A DNA stretch of 64,000 nt from Clostridium sp. CAG:417 (GCA_000432835.1 FR890371.1:62915-126914), one strand, 5' to 3'. Counted from the stretch's first letter, positions 1 to 11,276 are shown. Numbers and translations are program-made. Notes: a model not told the origin generated them from the sequence alone.

Positions 1-2
1 CA

Positions 3-827
3 CAGTTAGAAATAAGTAGAAAGTATTTCAATAATAGCATTGATGATGAAGTAAAAAGTACTAGTGAATTAACAAGAGTCTTAAATATAACTAATACTTT
101 TTTATCAGATTATAGATATTTAGGGAAAATAGATATTCTTAAAAATAAGTTTAGTATAAATAATCTCTCATATATATATAGATACGTAAATAATAAGGAA
201 AGTATTAAAGAAGATGGGACATATGAATTTATTCATAATAATGTCGATATTTTAAAAGATAATTTTACGATGGATGAATTCATGATGTGGGCTTTATATG
301 AGAGAAATTATTTGGATTATATAGTTTTTGGAAATAAGGAAAACAAAAAATATTTAGATGAAAAAAGTGGTTACTTTATGAGTAAACTATTAGATTGGTA
401 TAATAATTTGGATAGTGAAACAAAAAATATAGTTTTTCCAACTTTTAATAATTATATTTATAATCTTATTGATTCAAATAAAGATTTATCATTTAAGATG
501 TTTACTCAAAATATTCAAGATAGTATTAATAAAGGTATTTCTACTAATAAAAATTATTTTAGTGAACTTAATAAAGATATACATATTTTATTAAAGAAGT
601 ATTTTGATTGTGAAAGTAGTTTTAGTTTTGATTTTATTAGTTTGGATGATGTTTATGAATTGATAAGAAATATTGATTTAGATGTCAAAATAGATGAACA
701 ATTTATCTTTGATTTATTAGGAACTGTATTAGTATCTAAAAATATAAGTATGGTACAGTCAATTGTTAATAAAGAGGTAAATAGTTCTAATAAAGTATTT
801 AAAAGAAGTAATAGGGATGGTGAATAG
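3..827 (+). CDS. Hypothetical protein, 5'-truncated at window edge. The 270..827 ORF is in frame with an open reading frame running back to position 3.
   Basis: Frame 3 has no stop from nt 3 to 827, so the listed ATG at 270 is probably internal. No recognisable motifs. Confidence 0.4.
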   Translation, partial: QLEISRKYFNNSIDDEVKSTSELTRVLNITNTFLSDYRYLGKIDILKNKFSINNLSYIYRYVNNKESIKEDGTYEFIHNNVDILKDNFTMDEFMMWALYERNYLDYIVFGNKENKKYLDEKSGYFMSKLLDWYNNLDSETKNIVFPTFNNYIYNLIDSNKDLSFKMFTQNIQDSINKGISTNKNYFSELNKDIHILLKKYFDCESSFSFDFISLDDVYELIRNIDLDVKIDEQFIFDLLGTVLVSKNISMVQSIVNKEVNSSNKVFKRSNRDGE

Positions 828-1596
828 AATGAAAAAAGAAATAGATCAATTAATAGAATGTCAAGGTGACATATTATCAGATGAGGCAGTTATGATGCTT
901 TATAAAATTAGAAATATGGACTTATTTGATTTGAAAAATAAGGTTAATGATTTTAAAAATAGAAATCTTACTCATGTAGTAAATAATATTGTTTGTTATG
1001 GAAATGTATATAATTTTGCCCAAGATGAAGTTTTTGCATTAAAAGACGCCAGTAGTAAATGTGGATATATAAAATTTACTAATACATTAAATCTTTATGC
1101 TAAAATAGCACAAGATATATCTTTATATTTAGAAGATCATCCTATAACTGAAAAATGGAATCTTTTAGAAAAATTAGATAAATCTCTTCTAAAGCAAGAT
1201 GAATTAATAGATAAAATAATTAATAATAAAATGGGTCAAGATAGGGAAATAGAAAATGATGAGAAAATAAGAAAGTTATATCAGTATAGAAGAAGATTAG
1301 TAAGCTTAAAAGACTATGATAAAAATATTTATACTGAGTTATTTCCTGATATTGTTAAGTATATTGATATGGGTTATGATATTACAGCCATAAATACATT
1401 ATGTAGTTATATTAATGCGAAAGAAAGAGTTACTACAGGACTAGATACTAATATTTCAACTTTATATTCTAAAATTTATAGATTGCTAGGAAATAATTCA
1501 AATAAAGAGTATAAAGATAGCTATATTTTATGGGATAACATTAAATATAGTTATAAACATAATGATATGGTATTAACAAAATGTTTGAATAAATAA
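817..1596 (+). CDS. Hypothetical protein
   Basis: 259-aa ORF overlapping the upstream gene by 11 nt (operonic). No recognisable motif. Confidence 0.4.
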   Translation: MVNRMKKEIDQLIECQGDILSDEAVMMLYKIRNMDLFDLKNKVNDFKNRNLTHVVNNIVCYGNVYNFAQDEVFALKDASSKCGYIKFTNTLNLYAKIAQDISLYLEDHPITEKWNLLEKLDKSLLKQDELIDKIINNKMGQDREIENDEKIRKLYQYRRRLVSLKDYDKNIYTELFPDIVKYIDMGYDITAINTLCSYINAKERVTTGLDTNISTLYSKIYRLLGNNSNKEYKDSYILWDNIKYSYKHNDMVLTKCLNK

Positions 1597-1733
1597 TTAA
1601 TTATTTGACATAGTTTAAAATGTATGATAATATCTAAATGTTTGAAGCTTCATGCTTTAAACCGCATTGAAAAGGTTTTAAACATTTAGTACCTTAAGAG
1701 CGAGTCTTAAAAATATATAAAGGAGGTATAAGT

Positions 1734-2033
1734 ATGAATGCTGTTATTAAAGTTGGTGGAAAACAATATTATGTAACTGAAGGTAGCGAAATTTTCGTTG
1801 AAAAATTAGATGCTGTAAGTGGTGATGTTGTTAAGTTTGATCAAGTATTAATGCTTGATAACAAAGTAGGTAGTCCTTATCTTACTGATGCAACAGTTGA
1901 AGGTGAAGTTCTAAAAAATGGTAAACAAAGAAAAATCAAAGTTTACAAGTATAAGAATAAATCAAGATCTAACCGTAAGACTCAAGGACATAGACAACCT
2001 TATACTAAGATTAAAATTACAAAAATTGCGTAA
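1734..2033 (+). CDS. rplU: 50S ribosomal protein L21
   Basis: MNAVIKVGGKQYYV... is a typical L21 N-terminus. AGGAGG RBS. First gene of the conserved rplU-prp-rpmA order. Confidence 0.92.
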   Translation: MNAVIKVGGKQYYVTEGSEIFVEKLDAVSGDVVKFDQVLMLDNKVGSPYLTDATVEGEVLKNGKQRKIKVYKYKNKSRSNRKTQGHRQPYTKIKITKIA

Positions 2034-2035
2034 TT

Positions 2036-2338
2036 ATGATTAAAGTAGAGACAAAAAAAGAGAATGGGAAGTATGTACGCATTAAGATTCTTGGTCATGC
2101 TATGTATGATGATTATGGAAAAGATATAGTGTGTAGTGCTGCGAGTAGTATTGTTACTACTACAGTTAATGGAATACTTTCTCTAAATAAAGGTAGTCTA
2201 AGTTATATGATTAGCAAGCAAGGGATGGATATTAAAATATCTGGGATGGATTCAACTACTCAGATTTTAATCCAGAACATGATTAATCTATTGCAAGAGT
2301 TAGAAAACAATTATAGTAATAATATACAAGTAAAGTAA
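2036..2338 (+). CDS. prp: Ribosomal-processing cysteine protease Prp, which cleaves the L27 N-terminal extension
   Basis: 100-aa protein between L21 and L27, with the GH...CSAASS motif typical of Prp/YsxB. Confidence 0.85.
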   Translation: MIKVETKKENGKYVRIKILGHAMYDDYGKDIVCSAASSIVTTTVNGILSLNKGSLSYMISKQGMDIKISGMDSTTQILIQNMINLLQELENNYSNNIQVK

Positions 2339-2351
2339 GGAGGAAAATCAG

Positions 2352-2642
2352 GTGAAATTGTTAAAATTAAATATCCAATTATTTGCCCATCATAAAGGAC
2401 AAGGATCAACTTCAAATGGTCGTGATTCAGCTGGTCGTAGATTAGGTGCAAAGGCTGCAGATGGACAATTTGTTACTGCTGGTTCTATTCTTTATCGTCA
2501 AAGAGGAACTAAAATATTTCCAGGAACTAATGTAAGACGTGGTAAAGATGATACTTTATTTACTACAGTTGACGGAATCGTTAATTTTGAACGTTTAGGA
2601 AAAAAGAATACACAGGTTTCTGTATACGAAGTAGAAGAATAG
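2352..2642 (+). CDS. rpmA: 50S ribosomal protein L27 with the Firmicutes-type cleavable N-terminal extension
   Basis: [26 protein letters not shown]... has the pro-sequence ending ...FA|HHKG, followed by the conserved L27 core. Confidence 0.93.
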   Translation: MKLLKLNIQLFAHHKGQGSTSNGRDSAGRRLGAKAADGQFVTAGSILYRQRGTKIFPGTNVRRGKDDTLFTTVDGIVNFERLGKKNTQVSVYEVEE

Positions 2643-2661
2643 TTTTAACTATTCTTTTTTT
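2637..2661 (+). terminator. Terminator/attenuator between rpmA and obg
   Basis: AATAGT-ttta-ACTATT hairpin followed by CTTTTTTT, directly after the rpmA stop. Confidence 0.5.
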
Positions 2662-2682
2662 GAATAAGAAAGAGGTGAGATA

Positions 2683-3957
2683 ATGTTTGTAGATGAAGTT
2701 GTACTAAAAGTAATGGCTGGTGCCGGTGGAGATGGTTGTACTGCATTTAGACGTGAAAAATATATAGAAATGGGTGGACCATTTGGTGGTAACGGAGGAA
2801 GAGGATCAGATATTGTTTTTCAAGTTGATGAAGGACTTCATACATTATTAGATTTACGTTATCAAAAACAAATAAAAGGTACTAAGGGAGAAAATGGTAG
2901 AGGTAAAAATCAACATGGAAAAAATAGTAGTGATGTTATTGTTAAAGTACCACAAGGAACAGTAGTTACAGATTTAGATACTGGTTTAATTATTTGTGAT
3001 TTAAAACATAAAGGTGAAAGTTTTGTTGTTGCTAAAGGTGGTAGAGGTGGTAGAGGAAATACTGCTTTTAAAACTCAGACTAATACAGCACCAGACTTTT
3101 CTGAAAATGGAGAACCAGGAGAAGAAAAAACACTAAAAGTTGAAGTGAAAATGCTTGCAGATGTTGGATTGGTAGGACTTCCTAGTGTAGGTAAAAGTAC
3201 TATTATTTCATCTATTTCACGTTCTAAGCCTAAAATTGCAGCTTATCATTTTACTACTTTAGTGCCTAATTTAGGAGTTACTAGAACTCAAGATAACTAT
3301 AGCTTTGTAGTAGCCGATTTACCTGGACTTATCGAAGGCGCATCTCAAGGAGAAGGACTTGGCGATAAGTTCTTAAGACATATCGAAAGAACAAAAGTAA
3401 TAGCGCATGTTATTGATATGGGAAGTGTAGAAGGAAGAAATCCATATGATGACTATGTACTAATAAATAAAGAATTGGAAGCTTTCAATGCTAAACTTCT
3501 AAAGAAACCAATGATTATAGTAGCTAATAAAATGGATATTCCAGGAGCCAAAGAAAACTTAGAAGAATTTAAGAAAAAAGTAACAGATAAAAAAATATTT
3601 GAAGTTAGTGGCGCAACTAAAGAAGGATTACAAGATGTTGTCAATTATCTCGGTAAAATATTAAAAGAATTACCGGAAGAAGAGTTGTATGATGAAGATA
3701 GAATAGAAAGCCATGTATTATATAAATTCAAAAGAGATGATAAATATACAATTACTAAAGAAGATGATGTATGGGTAATACATGGAGCAGAAATAGAAAA
3801 ATTATTTAAAATGACTAAGTTTTCATCAGAAGAAGCTGTCCTTCGATTTGCCAAAAAGTTAGCACGTATGGGAATAGATGCTAAGTTAGATGAATTAGGA
3901 GCAAAAGAAGGAGATCAAGTTAGAATCTTAGACTTTTACTTTGATTATAGAAAATAA
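2683..3957 (+). CDS. obg: GTPase Obg
   Basis: MFVDEV...GGDGC..FRREK N-terminal glycine-rich Obg fold, G-domain motifs GLPSVGKST and DLPGLIEGA, and a C-terminal TGS-like domain. Confidence 0.93.
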   Translation: MFVDEVVLKVMAGAGGDGCTAFRREKYIEMGGPFGGNGGRGSDIVFQVDEGLHTLLDLRYQKQIKGTKGENGRGKNQHGKNSSDVIVKVPQGTVVTDLDTGLIICDLKHKGESFVVAKGGRGGRGNTAFKTQTNTAPDFSENGEPGEEKTLKVEVKMLADVGLVGLPSVGKSTIISSISRSKPKIAAYHFTTLVPNLGVTRTQDNYSFVVADLPGLIEGASQGEGLGDKFLRHIERTKVIAHVIDMGSVEGRNPYDDYVLINKELEAFNAKLLKKPMIIVANKMDIPGAKENLEEFKKKVTDKKIFEVSGATKEGLQDVVNYLGKILKELPEEELYDEDRIESHVLYKFKRDDKYTITKEDDVWVIHGAEIEKLFKMTKFSSEEAVLRFAKKLARMGIDAKLDELGAKEGDQVRILDFYFDYRK

Positions 3958-3974
3958 ATTTATTATGTTTTACG

Positions 3975-4008
3975 AGGTAGTATATCTACCTTGTTTTTCT
4001 TTTATTTT
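3975..4008 (+). terminator. Rho-independent terminator after obg
   Basis: AGGTAG-tatat-CTACCT hairpin followed by TGTTTTTCTTTTATTTT. Confidence 0.6.
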
Positions 4009-4305
4009 AGAAGAATATGTGATATCGTTATATGTAGAGATTGGAGAAAAAAAGTGGAAAATACTATAACAGATTATGATTTAGATGATTATTTCAGGGA
4101 ATTAAGCACTAAATATAAAAGCAGAGAAGTACAAATTAGTAGATATTTAAAAAATAAAAAATTAGATGGTAAATTAAGTGATATCAGTATGTATTTAAAA
4201 AAAGAAGCAATTGGGGATGCTTTTGTTGTTATTGCCCTAATTTTACTTTTCAAGATAATAATGAGGCTTATGAAAGACTGGTTAGTGACTTTTATGCTTA
4301 TTTAA
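3991..4305 (+). CDS. Doubtful small ORF. The listed start lies inside the obg terminator T-run; the real start, if any, may be the GTG near 4054.
   Basis: ORF track only. No recognisable motif. Confidence 0.15.
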   Translation: MFFFYFRRICDIVICRDWRKKVENTITDYDLDDYFRELSTKYKSREVQISRYLKNKKLDGKLSDISMYLKKEAIGDAFVVIALILLFKIIMRLMKDWLVTFMLI

Positions 4306-4307
4306 AA

Positions 4308-4517
4308 ATGAAAGATGAAATAAAAAATAATATGGCAAAAGTAGTGAGTGTTTTAGATGAAATGGTTAAATGGAGTAAACAAAAAAATCTAGAATATAAA
4401 CAAGAAAAAGAACAAGTATTAAAGTCTATGACTAATAAATATAATACGTATCTTACTAATAGTGAAATAGAAGATGTTTTTAATTACTGTAGCGATATGG
4501 CATTCAAAATACCTTAG
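4308..4517 (+). CDS. Small hypothetical protein
   Basis: 69-aa ORF with no recognisable motif. Confidence 0.25.
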   Translation: MKDEIKNNMAKVVSVLDEMVKWSKQKNLEYKQEKEQVLKSMTNKYNTYLTNSEIEDVFNYCSDMAFKIP

Positions 4518-4689
4518 AAATAAATACTGATATATATGTAGTAGAATTAAAATAAATTTATGAGGCTTATAAAGTATATTTACATTGATTAATATATAAT
4601 GATGAAATAAGTAGGATAAATAAGAATAATAATATAGAAATAGAAATATTAGATGATTATAAACTTATTAAAATTTAATATTATTAGGG

Positions 4690-5448
4690 GTGGTAGAGAT
4701 GAAGAAAGTTTTTAGACTAATAATTATTCTAATTTTATTAGTAGTTATAGGACTTAGTATTTATTTATTATATAAGTCACCAAATATTGGACTTTTGGGA
4801 AAAAAAGTAGAAATACCAGATAAAGATTATAATTACGTTTTAGGAAAGGAAGACCATAAAAGTTATAGTGTTAAAGAATATCAGAGAATGGATATTAGTA
4901 AAATAAATATTTGGGACTTAAAAAAACAAAATAGTGATACTGTTGCTTGGATACAAGTTGATGCGACAAATATAAATTATCCTGTTGTAGAAAGAAATGA
5001 TAACAATTACTATCAAAATCATGATTTTTTACATAAAAAGATAAACACGGGAGCTATATTTGGAGATAGCAGAAACAACTGGGAAAATCTAAATAATAAT
5101 ACTATAATTTATGGACATCATGTTAAAAATAATACTATGTTTGGTAGTATTGATAAAATGTTTACTAAAGATTGGCAAGAAAAAAGTAGTCATTTGATTT
5201 TAACAAAGACTACTAATAAGATATATGTTTGGGAGATATTTTCGATTTATGAAGTAAAAACAGAAACATATTATTTACAAAATACTTTTCAAACAGATGA
5301 TAGTTATTTAGAATTTTTAAATTTTTTAAGAAAAAGAAGTGCTTATGATTTTAAGATTAATTTAGATAGTGGAAGTAAAATACTTACTCTTTCTACTTGT
5401 AATGATTTAGATGATGGAAGACTGGTAGTGCATGCTAAATTAAAATAA
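4690..5448 (+). CDS. srtB: Class B sortase
   Basis: N-terminal TM anchor, IYGHH catalytic-His region and the TLSTC active-site cysteine motif. GGGGTGG RBS. Confidence 0.75.
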   Translation: MVEMKKVFRLIIILILLVVIGLSIYLLYKSPNIGLLGKKVEIPDKDYNYVLGKEDHKSYSVKEYQRMDISKINIWDLKKQNSDTVAWIQVDATNINYPVVERNDNNYYQNHDFLHKKINTGAIFGDSRNNWENLNNNTIIYGHHVKNNTMFGSIDKMFTKDWQEKSSHLILTKTTNKIYVWEIFSIYEVKTETYYLQNTFQTDDSYLEFLNFLRKRSAYDFKINLDSGSKILTLSTCNDLDDGRLVVHAKLK

Positions 5449-5790
5449 AACTTCCTTTTCTTTTTTGGTTGAAATAATATTAAGATGATCTAAAATTTTA
5501 TAGTCATTTAAAGTATTGCCTTTAAAGACATAGGTAAAATATGTTTTTTTAGGACCTTTAAAACGTTTTTCTGATGCTTCATTTAGAAATATTTTCACAA
5601 TATTATTATCTTTATCAGTCATAACAATGTCTACTTTTTGACAGTAAAAATAAGTATTTATTCTTCTTTTCTTTGGAAAACATAATCCATAGTCGATATC
5701 AGTTAATTTAAAACGAAAACTTATAATTTTTTCTTTTAAGGTTGTCTTGATTTCGATAGGAATTTTTTTGCTTTTTAGTTTTAAATACAT
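5440..5790 (-). CDS. Hypothetical protein, convergent with the sortase gene
   Basis: 116-aa ORF on the minus strand with no recognisable motif. Confidence 0.3.
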   Translation of the reverse strand: MYLKLKSKKIPIEIKTTLKEKIISFRFKLTDIDYGLCFPKKRRINTYFYCQKVDIVMTDKDNNIVKIFLNEASEKRFKGPKKTYFTYVFKGNTLNDYKILDHLNIISTKKEKEVLF

Positions 5791-5887
5791 TTATATCACC
5801 ATAAAAATAATAACATAAATTTAGTAAAATAACTAGATTATATCTATTATTCATGATAGAATAAATAGGAAAAGAAGGAGGATTTTT

Positions 5888-6613
5888 ATGAGTGGACATT
5901 CAAAATGGGCAACAATTCATCGTAAGAAAGGTGAGCTTGATGCAGCTCGTGGTAAAGTATTTCAAAAATTAGCTAAAGAAATTTATGTAGCAGCAAAACA
6001 AGGAACTCCTGATCCTTCAAGTAATGCAGCTTTAAGAATGGTTATTGAAAAAGCACGTGGCGCTAATATGCCTAAAGATAATATAGAAAAAGCTATCCAA
6101 AAGGCGAAAGGTGCAGCAGAAGGTGAGAACTATGAAGCTATTCGTTATGAAGGATATGGACCAAGTGGTGTTGCAATTATAGTTGATTGTTTAACAGATA
6201 ATAGAAATAGAACAGCAGGTGATGTTAGAAGTAGATTTACTAAACGTGGCGGTAATTTAGGAACAACAGGTAGTGTTAGTTATATGTTTTCACGTCGTGG
6301 TATAATTACAATTCCTAGTGACTATGAAGAAGATGAAGTAATGATGGCAGCATTAGATGCTGGAGCATTAGATTTCGTTACTGATGAAGATGTTTATGTT
6401 ATTACAACATTACCAGAAGACTTTATTAAAGTAAAAGAAGCTTTAGAAGAGACAGGAGTAAAGGAATTCCTTACTAGTGAAGTAACTTTTGTTCCAAATA
6501 ATACAGTAGAACTTACAGATGAAGAACAAATAGAAAAAGTACATAGCTTAATTGAACAATTAGAAGAATTAGATGATGTACAAGATGTTTATTGTAATTT
6601 AAAAGAGAATTAA
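5888..6613 (+). CDS. yebC: YebC/PmpR-family transcriptional regulatory protein
   Basis: MSGHSKWATIHRKKG...KARGANMPKDNIEKAI is highly conserved YebC sequence. Confidence 0.92.
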   Translation: MSGHSKWATIHRKKGELDAARGKVFQKLAKEIYVAAKQGTPDPSSNAALRMVIEKARGANMPKDNIEKAIQKAKGAAEGENYEAIRYEGYGPSGVAIIVDCLTDNRNRTAGDVRSRFTKRGGNLGTTGSVSYMFSRRGIITIPSDYEEDEVMMAALDAGALDFVTDEDVYVITTLPEDFIKVKEALEETGVKEFLTSEVTFVPNNTVELTDEEQIEKVHSLIEQLEELDDVQDVYCNLKEN

Positions 6614-6616
6614 TAA

Positions 6617-7045
6617 ATGAAAAAAGTATTACCTTTATTAATTGTTATTGGTTTATTTTTAATAGGTTATTTTTCTACTAGTATAATTATAAATAAGAAT
6701 CGAAAAGAATATAAGAAGAATAATAGTTCTATAGAACCTATTATTATAACTACATATTCTAAGGTAAATGGAAATAAAATAGCAGTTGTAAAGATTACAG
6801 ATGAGAAAGAAATAGAAAAATTTTTGAGTATGACTAAGGATATTGTTATACTTGATGGCCCTATGGCAGTTAGTCTTTTTGTCATTACAGAAGTGAAAGT
6901 TTCATATAAAAATTTAAGAATTTATACGCAAAAAGATTATGAATACTGTTATTATCGGGCAGAAAATAGTAATGAAAGTCCTTTAGCAATGATGAGTAGT
7001 GATTTAGTAAACTTTATCAAAAAATATACTAATGACATTGGTTAG
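6617..7045 (+). CDS. Hypothetical membrane-anchored protein
   Basis: N-terminal TM helix. Separated from yebC by 3 nt. Confidence 0.4.
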   Translation: MKKVLPLLIVIGLFLIGYFSTSIIINKNRKEYKKNNSSIEPIIITTYSKVNGNKIAVVKITDEKEIEKFLSMTKDIVILDGPMAVSLFVITEVKVSYKNLRIYTQKDYEYCYYRAENSNESPLAMMSSDLVNFIKKYTNDIG

Positions 7046-7064
7046 AATATAAACATTTGTTTGA

Positions 7065-7091
7065 AAAAAGCTTGATGTATAGCTTTTTTTT
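7065..7091 (+). terminator. Rho-independent terminator before ruvA
   Basis: AAAAAGCT-tgatgtat-AGCTTTTT hairpin followed by TTTT. Confidence 0.65.
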
Positions 7092-7118
7092 AGTTATAAT
7101 TAGGAAGAGAGTGATGTT

Positions 7119-7685
7119 ATGTATGATTATATGAATGGTTTAATAACAGATGTTAGACCAGATGGAATAGTTTTAGAGGTTAATAATATTGGATATTTTA
7201 TAAATGTATCCAATCCATATACTTTTGAAATTAATAAAATGAGTAGAGTATACTTATATCAACAAGTAAAAGAAGATGAGCTTAATTTATTTGGCTTTAA
7301 AAAGAAAGAAGAAAAAGAACTTTTTCTTAAATTAATTAATGTTAAGGGACTTGGATGTAAGATGGCTTTACCAATTTTAGCTACGGGATCTATAAATGGA
7401 ATAATGGAAGCAATAGAAAGAGAAAATATTGCTTATTTGAAAAAGTTTCCAAAGATTGGTGATAAATTAGCAAGACAGATGATACTTGATTTGAAGGGTA
7501 AAATTGGGAGTGTACATACTTTATTTGATGATAATAGTATTAATTATACTAGTAATGAATTACACGATGTTTTGATTGGATTAGGATATAAAGATAAAGA
7601 GATAAAAAATGTAGTATCTAAGGTTGATAAGAGTTTAACTATTGAGAATCAGGTAAAAGAGGCTTTAAAACTGTTATTAAAATAG
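7119..7685 (+). CDS. ruvA: Holliday junction branch-migration protein RuvA
   Basis: RuvA N-terminal OB domain, HhH motifs (LINVKGLG.K.A..IL) and a C-terminal domain. Immediately upstream of ruvB. Confidence 0.9.
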   Translation: MYDYMNGLITDVRPDGIVLEVNNIGYFINVSNPYTFEINKMSRVYLYQQVKEDELNLFGFKKKEEKELFLKLINVKGLGCKMALPILATGSINGIMEAIERENIAYLKKFPKIGDKLARQMILDLKGKIGSVHTLFDDNSINYTSNELHDVLIGLGYKDKEIKNVVSKVDKSLTIENQVKEALKLLLK

Positions 7686-7695
7686 GAGGATTTAA

Positions 7696-8709
7696 ATGGA
7701 TGATGAGAGAGTAATTACTACGAGAGAGTTATATGATGATGGGGAATTAGATAATACTATTAGACCTGAGTCGATTGTTGAATATATTGGACAAAGTGAT
7801 GTAAAGGATAATATTAAAGTATTTATAGAAGCAGCTAAAATGAGAAATGAAGTTCTTGATCATGTTTTATTATATGGTCCTCCAGGTCTTGGTAAAACTA
7901 CTCTTGCTTATATTATTGCTCATGAACTTGGGAGTAATTTAAAGACGGCTAGTGGACCTAGTATTGAAAAATCTGGAGATTTAGCAGCAATCCTATCTTC
8001 ATTAGAAAAGGGAGACGTATTATTTATAGATGAAATTCATCGTATGCCTAGATTTATAGAAGAAATCTTATACCCAGCAATGGAAGACTTCACTTTAGAT
8101 ATTATTGTAGGAACTGAGGGAAATACTAGAAATATAAAAATAGATTTACCACCCTTTACTTTAGTTGGGGCAACAACGAGAGCAGGAGATTTATCAGCGC
8201 CTCTTAGAGATAGATTTGGAATTATTTCAAAGTTACAATATTATACCGTAGAAGAATTAACACAAATAATAAAAAGAACAGCTAAAGTATTAGGTGTTGG
8301 AATAGAAGATGATGCAGCTGTAGAGTTGGCATCACGTAGTAGAGGAACTCCGCGTATCGCTAATAGATTATTTAAAAGAGTTAGAGATTTTGCTTTAGTT
8401 AAAGGAGACGGCAATATCGATAAAGATATAATTAATATAGCATTGGATAGATTAAAAGTAGATAATATGGGATTAGATGAAACAGACCATGAGCTTTTAT
8501 TAGCTATTATAAAGAAATTTAATGGAGGACCTGTTGGAGTTGAGGCAGTAGCGTCAGCTATAGGTGAAGAAGTAACTACAATAGAAGATGTATATGAACC
8601 ATATTTATTACAAACAGGCCTATTAAAAAGAACCTCAAGAGGACGTGTTGCGACTCCTAAGGCTTATGAGGTTCTACATTTAAATTATGAAGATTTTAGA
8701 AAAAAATAG
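7696..8709 (+). CDS. ruvB: Holliday junction ATP-dependent helicase RuvB
   Basis: Walker A (GPPGLGKTT), Walker B (DEIHR) and the sensor TTRAG..S.PLRDRFG. Confidence 0.95.
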   Translation: MDDERVITTRELYDDGELDNTIRPESIVEYIGQSDVKDNIKVFIEAAKMRNEVLDHVLLYGPPGLGKTTLAYIIAHELGSNLKTASGPSIEKSGDLAAILSSLEKGDVLFIDEIHRMPRFIEEILYPAMEDFTLDIIVGTEGNTRNIKIDLPPFTLVGATTRAGDLSAPLRDRFGIISKLQYYTVEELTQIIKRTAKVLGVGIEDDAAVELASRSRGTPRIANRLFKRVRDFALVKGDGNIDKDIINIALDRLKVDNMGLDETDHELLLAIIKKFNGGPVGVEAVASAIGEEVTTIEDVYEPYLLQTGLLKRTSRGRVATPKAYEVLHLNYEDFRKK

Positions 8710-8718
8710 AGGTGTATT

Positions 8719-9747
8719 ATGAAGTTAGAAGATTTTGATTATTATTTACCTGAAGAGTTAATTGCACAAACTCCTCTTAATAAACGTGATGAGTCAAGAC
8801 TAATGGTACTTGATAAGAAGACAGGAAATATTGAAGATAAGAAATTTTATGATGTGATAGATTACTTAGAAGAAGGAGATGCTTTAGTACTTAATGATAC
8901 TAAGGTTTTACCGGCAAGACTTATTGGAGTAAAAGAAGAAACTCAAGCAGTGATTGAAGTATTACTTTTAAAGCAAATTGAAGATAATGTTTGGGAGTGT
9001 TTAACTAAACCGGCAAGAAGAATTAAAGAGGGTACTATTGTAACCTTTGGTGAAGGTAAGTTAAAGATGGAGTGTGTTAAAGTCTTAGATGAAGGATTAA
9101 GACATTTCAAGATGCTATATGAAGGTATTTTTTATGAAATATTAGATGAGCTTGGAACAATGCCACTTCCACCATATATCCATGAACAATTGGAAGATCA
9201 ATCAATGTATCAAACAGTATACGCAAAAGAAGTAGGAAGTGCAGCTGCTCCAACAGCGGGACTTCACTTTACAAAAGAGTTATTACAAAAAATAGAAGAG
9301 AAAAAAGTAAATATATGTTATGTTACTTTACACGTAGGACTGGGAACGTTTAGACCTGTGAGTGTTTCAAATATAGAAGAACATCAGATGCATAGTGAAT
9401 TTTATTCTATGAGTGATACAGTGGCATCTATTTTAAATGATACTAAGGCTAGAGGAAAAAAGATTGTCGCTGTTGGGACAACCTCAACTAGAACACTAGA
9501 AACTATAGCTACTAATAATGATGGTAAATTTGTAGGATGTAGTGGTTGGACTAAAATATTTATTTATCCAGGATATAAATTTAAGGCTGTTGATAGTTTA
9601 ATAACCAATTTCCATTTACCTAAGTCTACACTTGTAATGCTAGTATCAGCACTGGCGGGAAGAAAAAATATTTTAAATGCCTATAACGAGGCTGTTAAAA
9701 GAAAATACCGTTTCTTCTCATTTGGAGACGCTATGATTATAAAATAA
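8719..9747 (+). CDS. queA: S-adenosylmethionine:tRNA ribosyltransferase-isomerase
   Basis: [19 protein letters not shown]...R.SRLMVL is the diagnostic QueA N-terminus. Confidence 0.93.
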   Translation: MKLEDFDYYLPEELIAQTPLNKRDESRLMVLDKKTGNIEDKKFYDVIDYLEEGDALVLNDTKVLPARLIGVKEETQAVIEVLLLKQIEDNVWECLTKPARRIKEGTIVTFGEGKLKMECVKVLDEGLRHFKMLYEGIFYEILDELGTMPLPPYIHEQLEDQSMYQTVYAKEVGSAAAPTAGLHFTKELLQKIEEKKVNICYVTLHVGLGTFRPVSVSNIEEHQMHSEFYSMSDTVASILNDTKARGKKIVAVGTTSTRTLETIATNNDGKFVGCSGWTKIFIYPGYKFKAVDSLITNFHLPKSTLVMLVSALAGRKNILNAYNEAVKRKYRFFSFGDAMIIK

Positions 9748-9864
9748 AAAAGTAGGTATCTAGTAAAACTTGGATACTTGCTTTTTATTATGTTAGAGAA
9801 AGTTAGATAGTTGTTGCTATTATTTATAAATTATGATATAATCTAGGCGTTTAGGGAGGACACT

Positions 9865-11055
9865 ATGATAAATTATGATGTAGTAGATACTAGAATTCAT
9901 CATGTGTATAACGGATTAAAAGTGCAAGTTAATTGTACTTCAGAACTTAATAATCAACAGGCTTTTTTTATGAATAAACTAAAAAGTAGTGATACTTATA
10001 AAAATATGGATATTTTGGATATTTATAAAAAAGAATATGAGAGAATAGATAAAATAACAGAAGAACATGTAAAAAGAGGCGTTAGAGATATCCAAAAAGT
10101 ATTTACTAATTTAGGTTTAGGGCAAGACTATATAGAATTAGCTAAAACGGCTCATGAATTACATGATGTAGCAAGAAGAGTCCAATTTATGAAAACAGGA
10201 ACAGTAGTTGATGCTGATAGTTATGATCAACAAGTAATAGCGTCAAGAGGATTAGAAAGCGGTGTAGATCCTAAAATAACGTCACATGCAGCACATGGAG
10301 CATATCTTTTAGATAACTTTTTATTTTCAAATCTACATATAGAAGAAAAATATCGAAAAATAATTAGTACAGCAGTAAGATATCACTCTAATCATGTATT
10401 ACCATTTGAACTAGGAAAAGCCGTAAGTGAAAACTTGTTTGATGGACTTTGTTTGGATGAGGCCTTAAAAAAAGAAAAATATAATGATTTATTAAGACTT
10501 TATACTCAAACAGTAAGAAGTGTTGATAACTTTGATTTAAATAACAAAGTATTATTAGGGGCAATACCATTAGTAAGAGAAAGATTTGGACTAGATGTCT
10601 TAAAGGAAGACAGTATAAAAACATTTTCAAATCTATGGGGAGTTAGTGAAAAAAGACTAAGAGAATACAATAAAATGGAAGAAGGAAAAGAACTAGAAGC
10701 AGGACAAATAATCTTAATTCCTACAGAAGATGTTCCGCTAGAAAAATTTGTAATACCTAAAGACTATATAGAAATGCTAAAAAATAATACATTTCCAGCA
10801 AAAGTATCAGATTTACAAAAAAGAAAAGATTATACCTTCTTAACTGCACAAGTATGGAGGTTATCATTACTTAGAAACATAGAATTTAAATCCCTTTTAA
10901 AAATAGTAAAAGATGAAAATATGTTAGAAAAAATATTAGATAGTTATCCAAAAAAATATCAAGAAATAATGCAAGAAGTATTTAAATATGCTGAAGAAGA
11001 AATAGTTTGTTTTGGACTAGAAAATGGAAAAAGCAAAATATATACAAAAAAATAG
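9865..11055 (+). CDS. HD-domain phosphohydrolase-like protein with an embedded LysM-like segment
   Basis: H..HD motif (TAHELHDVARR) and later His residues (SHAAHGAY). The segment LWGVSEKRLREYN....GQIILIP resembles LysM. Confidence 0.35.
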   Translation: MINYDVVDTRIHHVYNGLKVQVNCTSELNNQQAFFMNKLKSSDTYKNMDILDIYKKEYERIDKITEEHVKRGVRDIQKVFTNLGLGQDYIELAKTAHELHDVARRVQFMKTGTVVDADSYDQQVIASRGLESGVDPKITSHAAHGAYLLDNFLFSNLHIEEKYRKIISTAVRYHSNHVLPFELGKAVSENLFDGLCLDEALKKEKYNDLLRLYTQTVRSVDNFDLNNKVLLGAIPLVRERFGLDVLKEDSIKTFSNLWGVSEKRLREYNKMEEGKELEAGQIILIPTEDVPLEKFVIPKDYIEMLKNNTFPAKVSDLQKRKDYTFLTAQVWRLSLLRNIEFKSLLKIVKDENMLEKILDSYPKKYQEIMQEVFKYAEEEIVCFGLENGKSKIYTKK

Positions 11056-11276
11056 ATAAAAACTATCTATTCTTTACTTTACTTAAAGTTTTCTCATCTA
11101 CTCTTTTAGAAAGAACGAGACTTGAAAAAATAAATAATAAAAATAACATAATTGTAAAAATTATTAAAGATAAAAATAAAATTTTAATAATATCATCTCC
11201 TAATATTAGTTTATCTAAATATGTAGAAGAATATTATTAATTTGTCAAAAAAGTAGGAAAATATGGGGCGAGGTTT

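Noticed and set aside
3453-3854. Two antisense ORFs (63 and 69 aa) inside obg
   Set aside because: They lie entirely within a well-supported conserved gene on the opposite strand. They are low-complexity and have no RBS.
5708-5899. 63-aa minus-strand ORF overlapping the yebC promoter region
   Set aside because: Overlaps the 5440..5790 ORF and the yebC start. No support.
11007-11240. 77-aa low-complexity ORF in the gap after the HD-domain gene
   Set aside because: Starts inside the upstream gene and runs through its terminator hairpin. It has Lys/Ile/Asn composition typical of random AT-rich frames.
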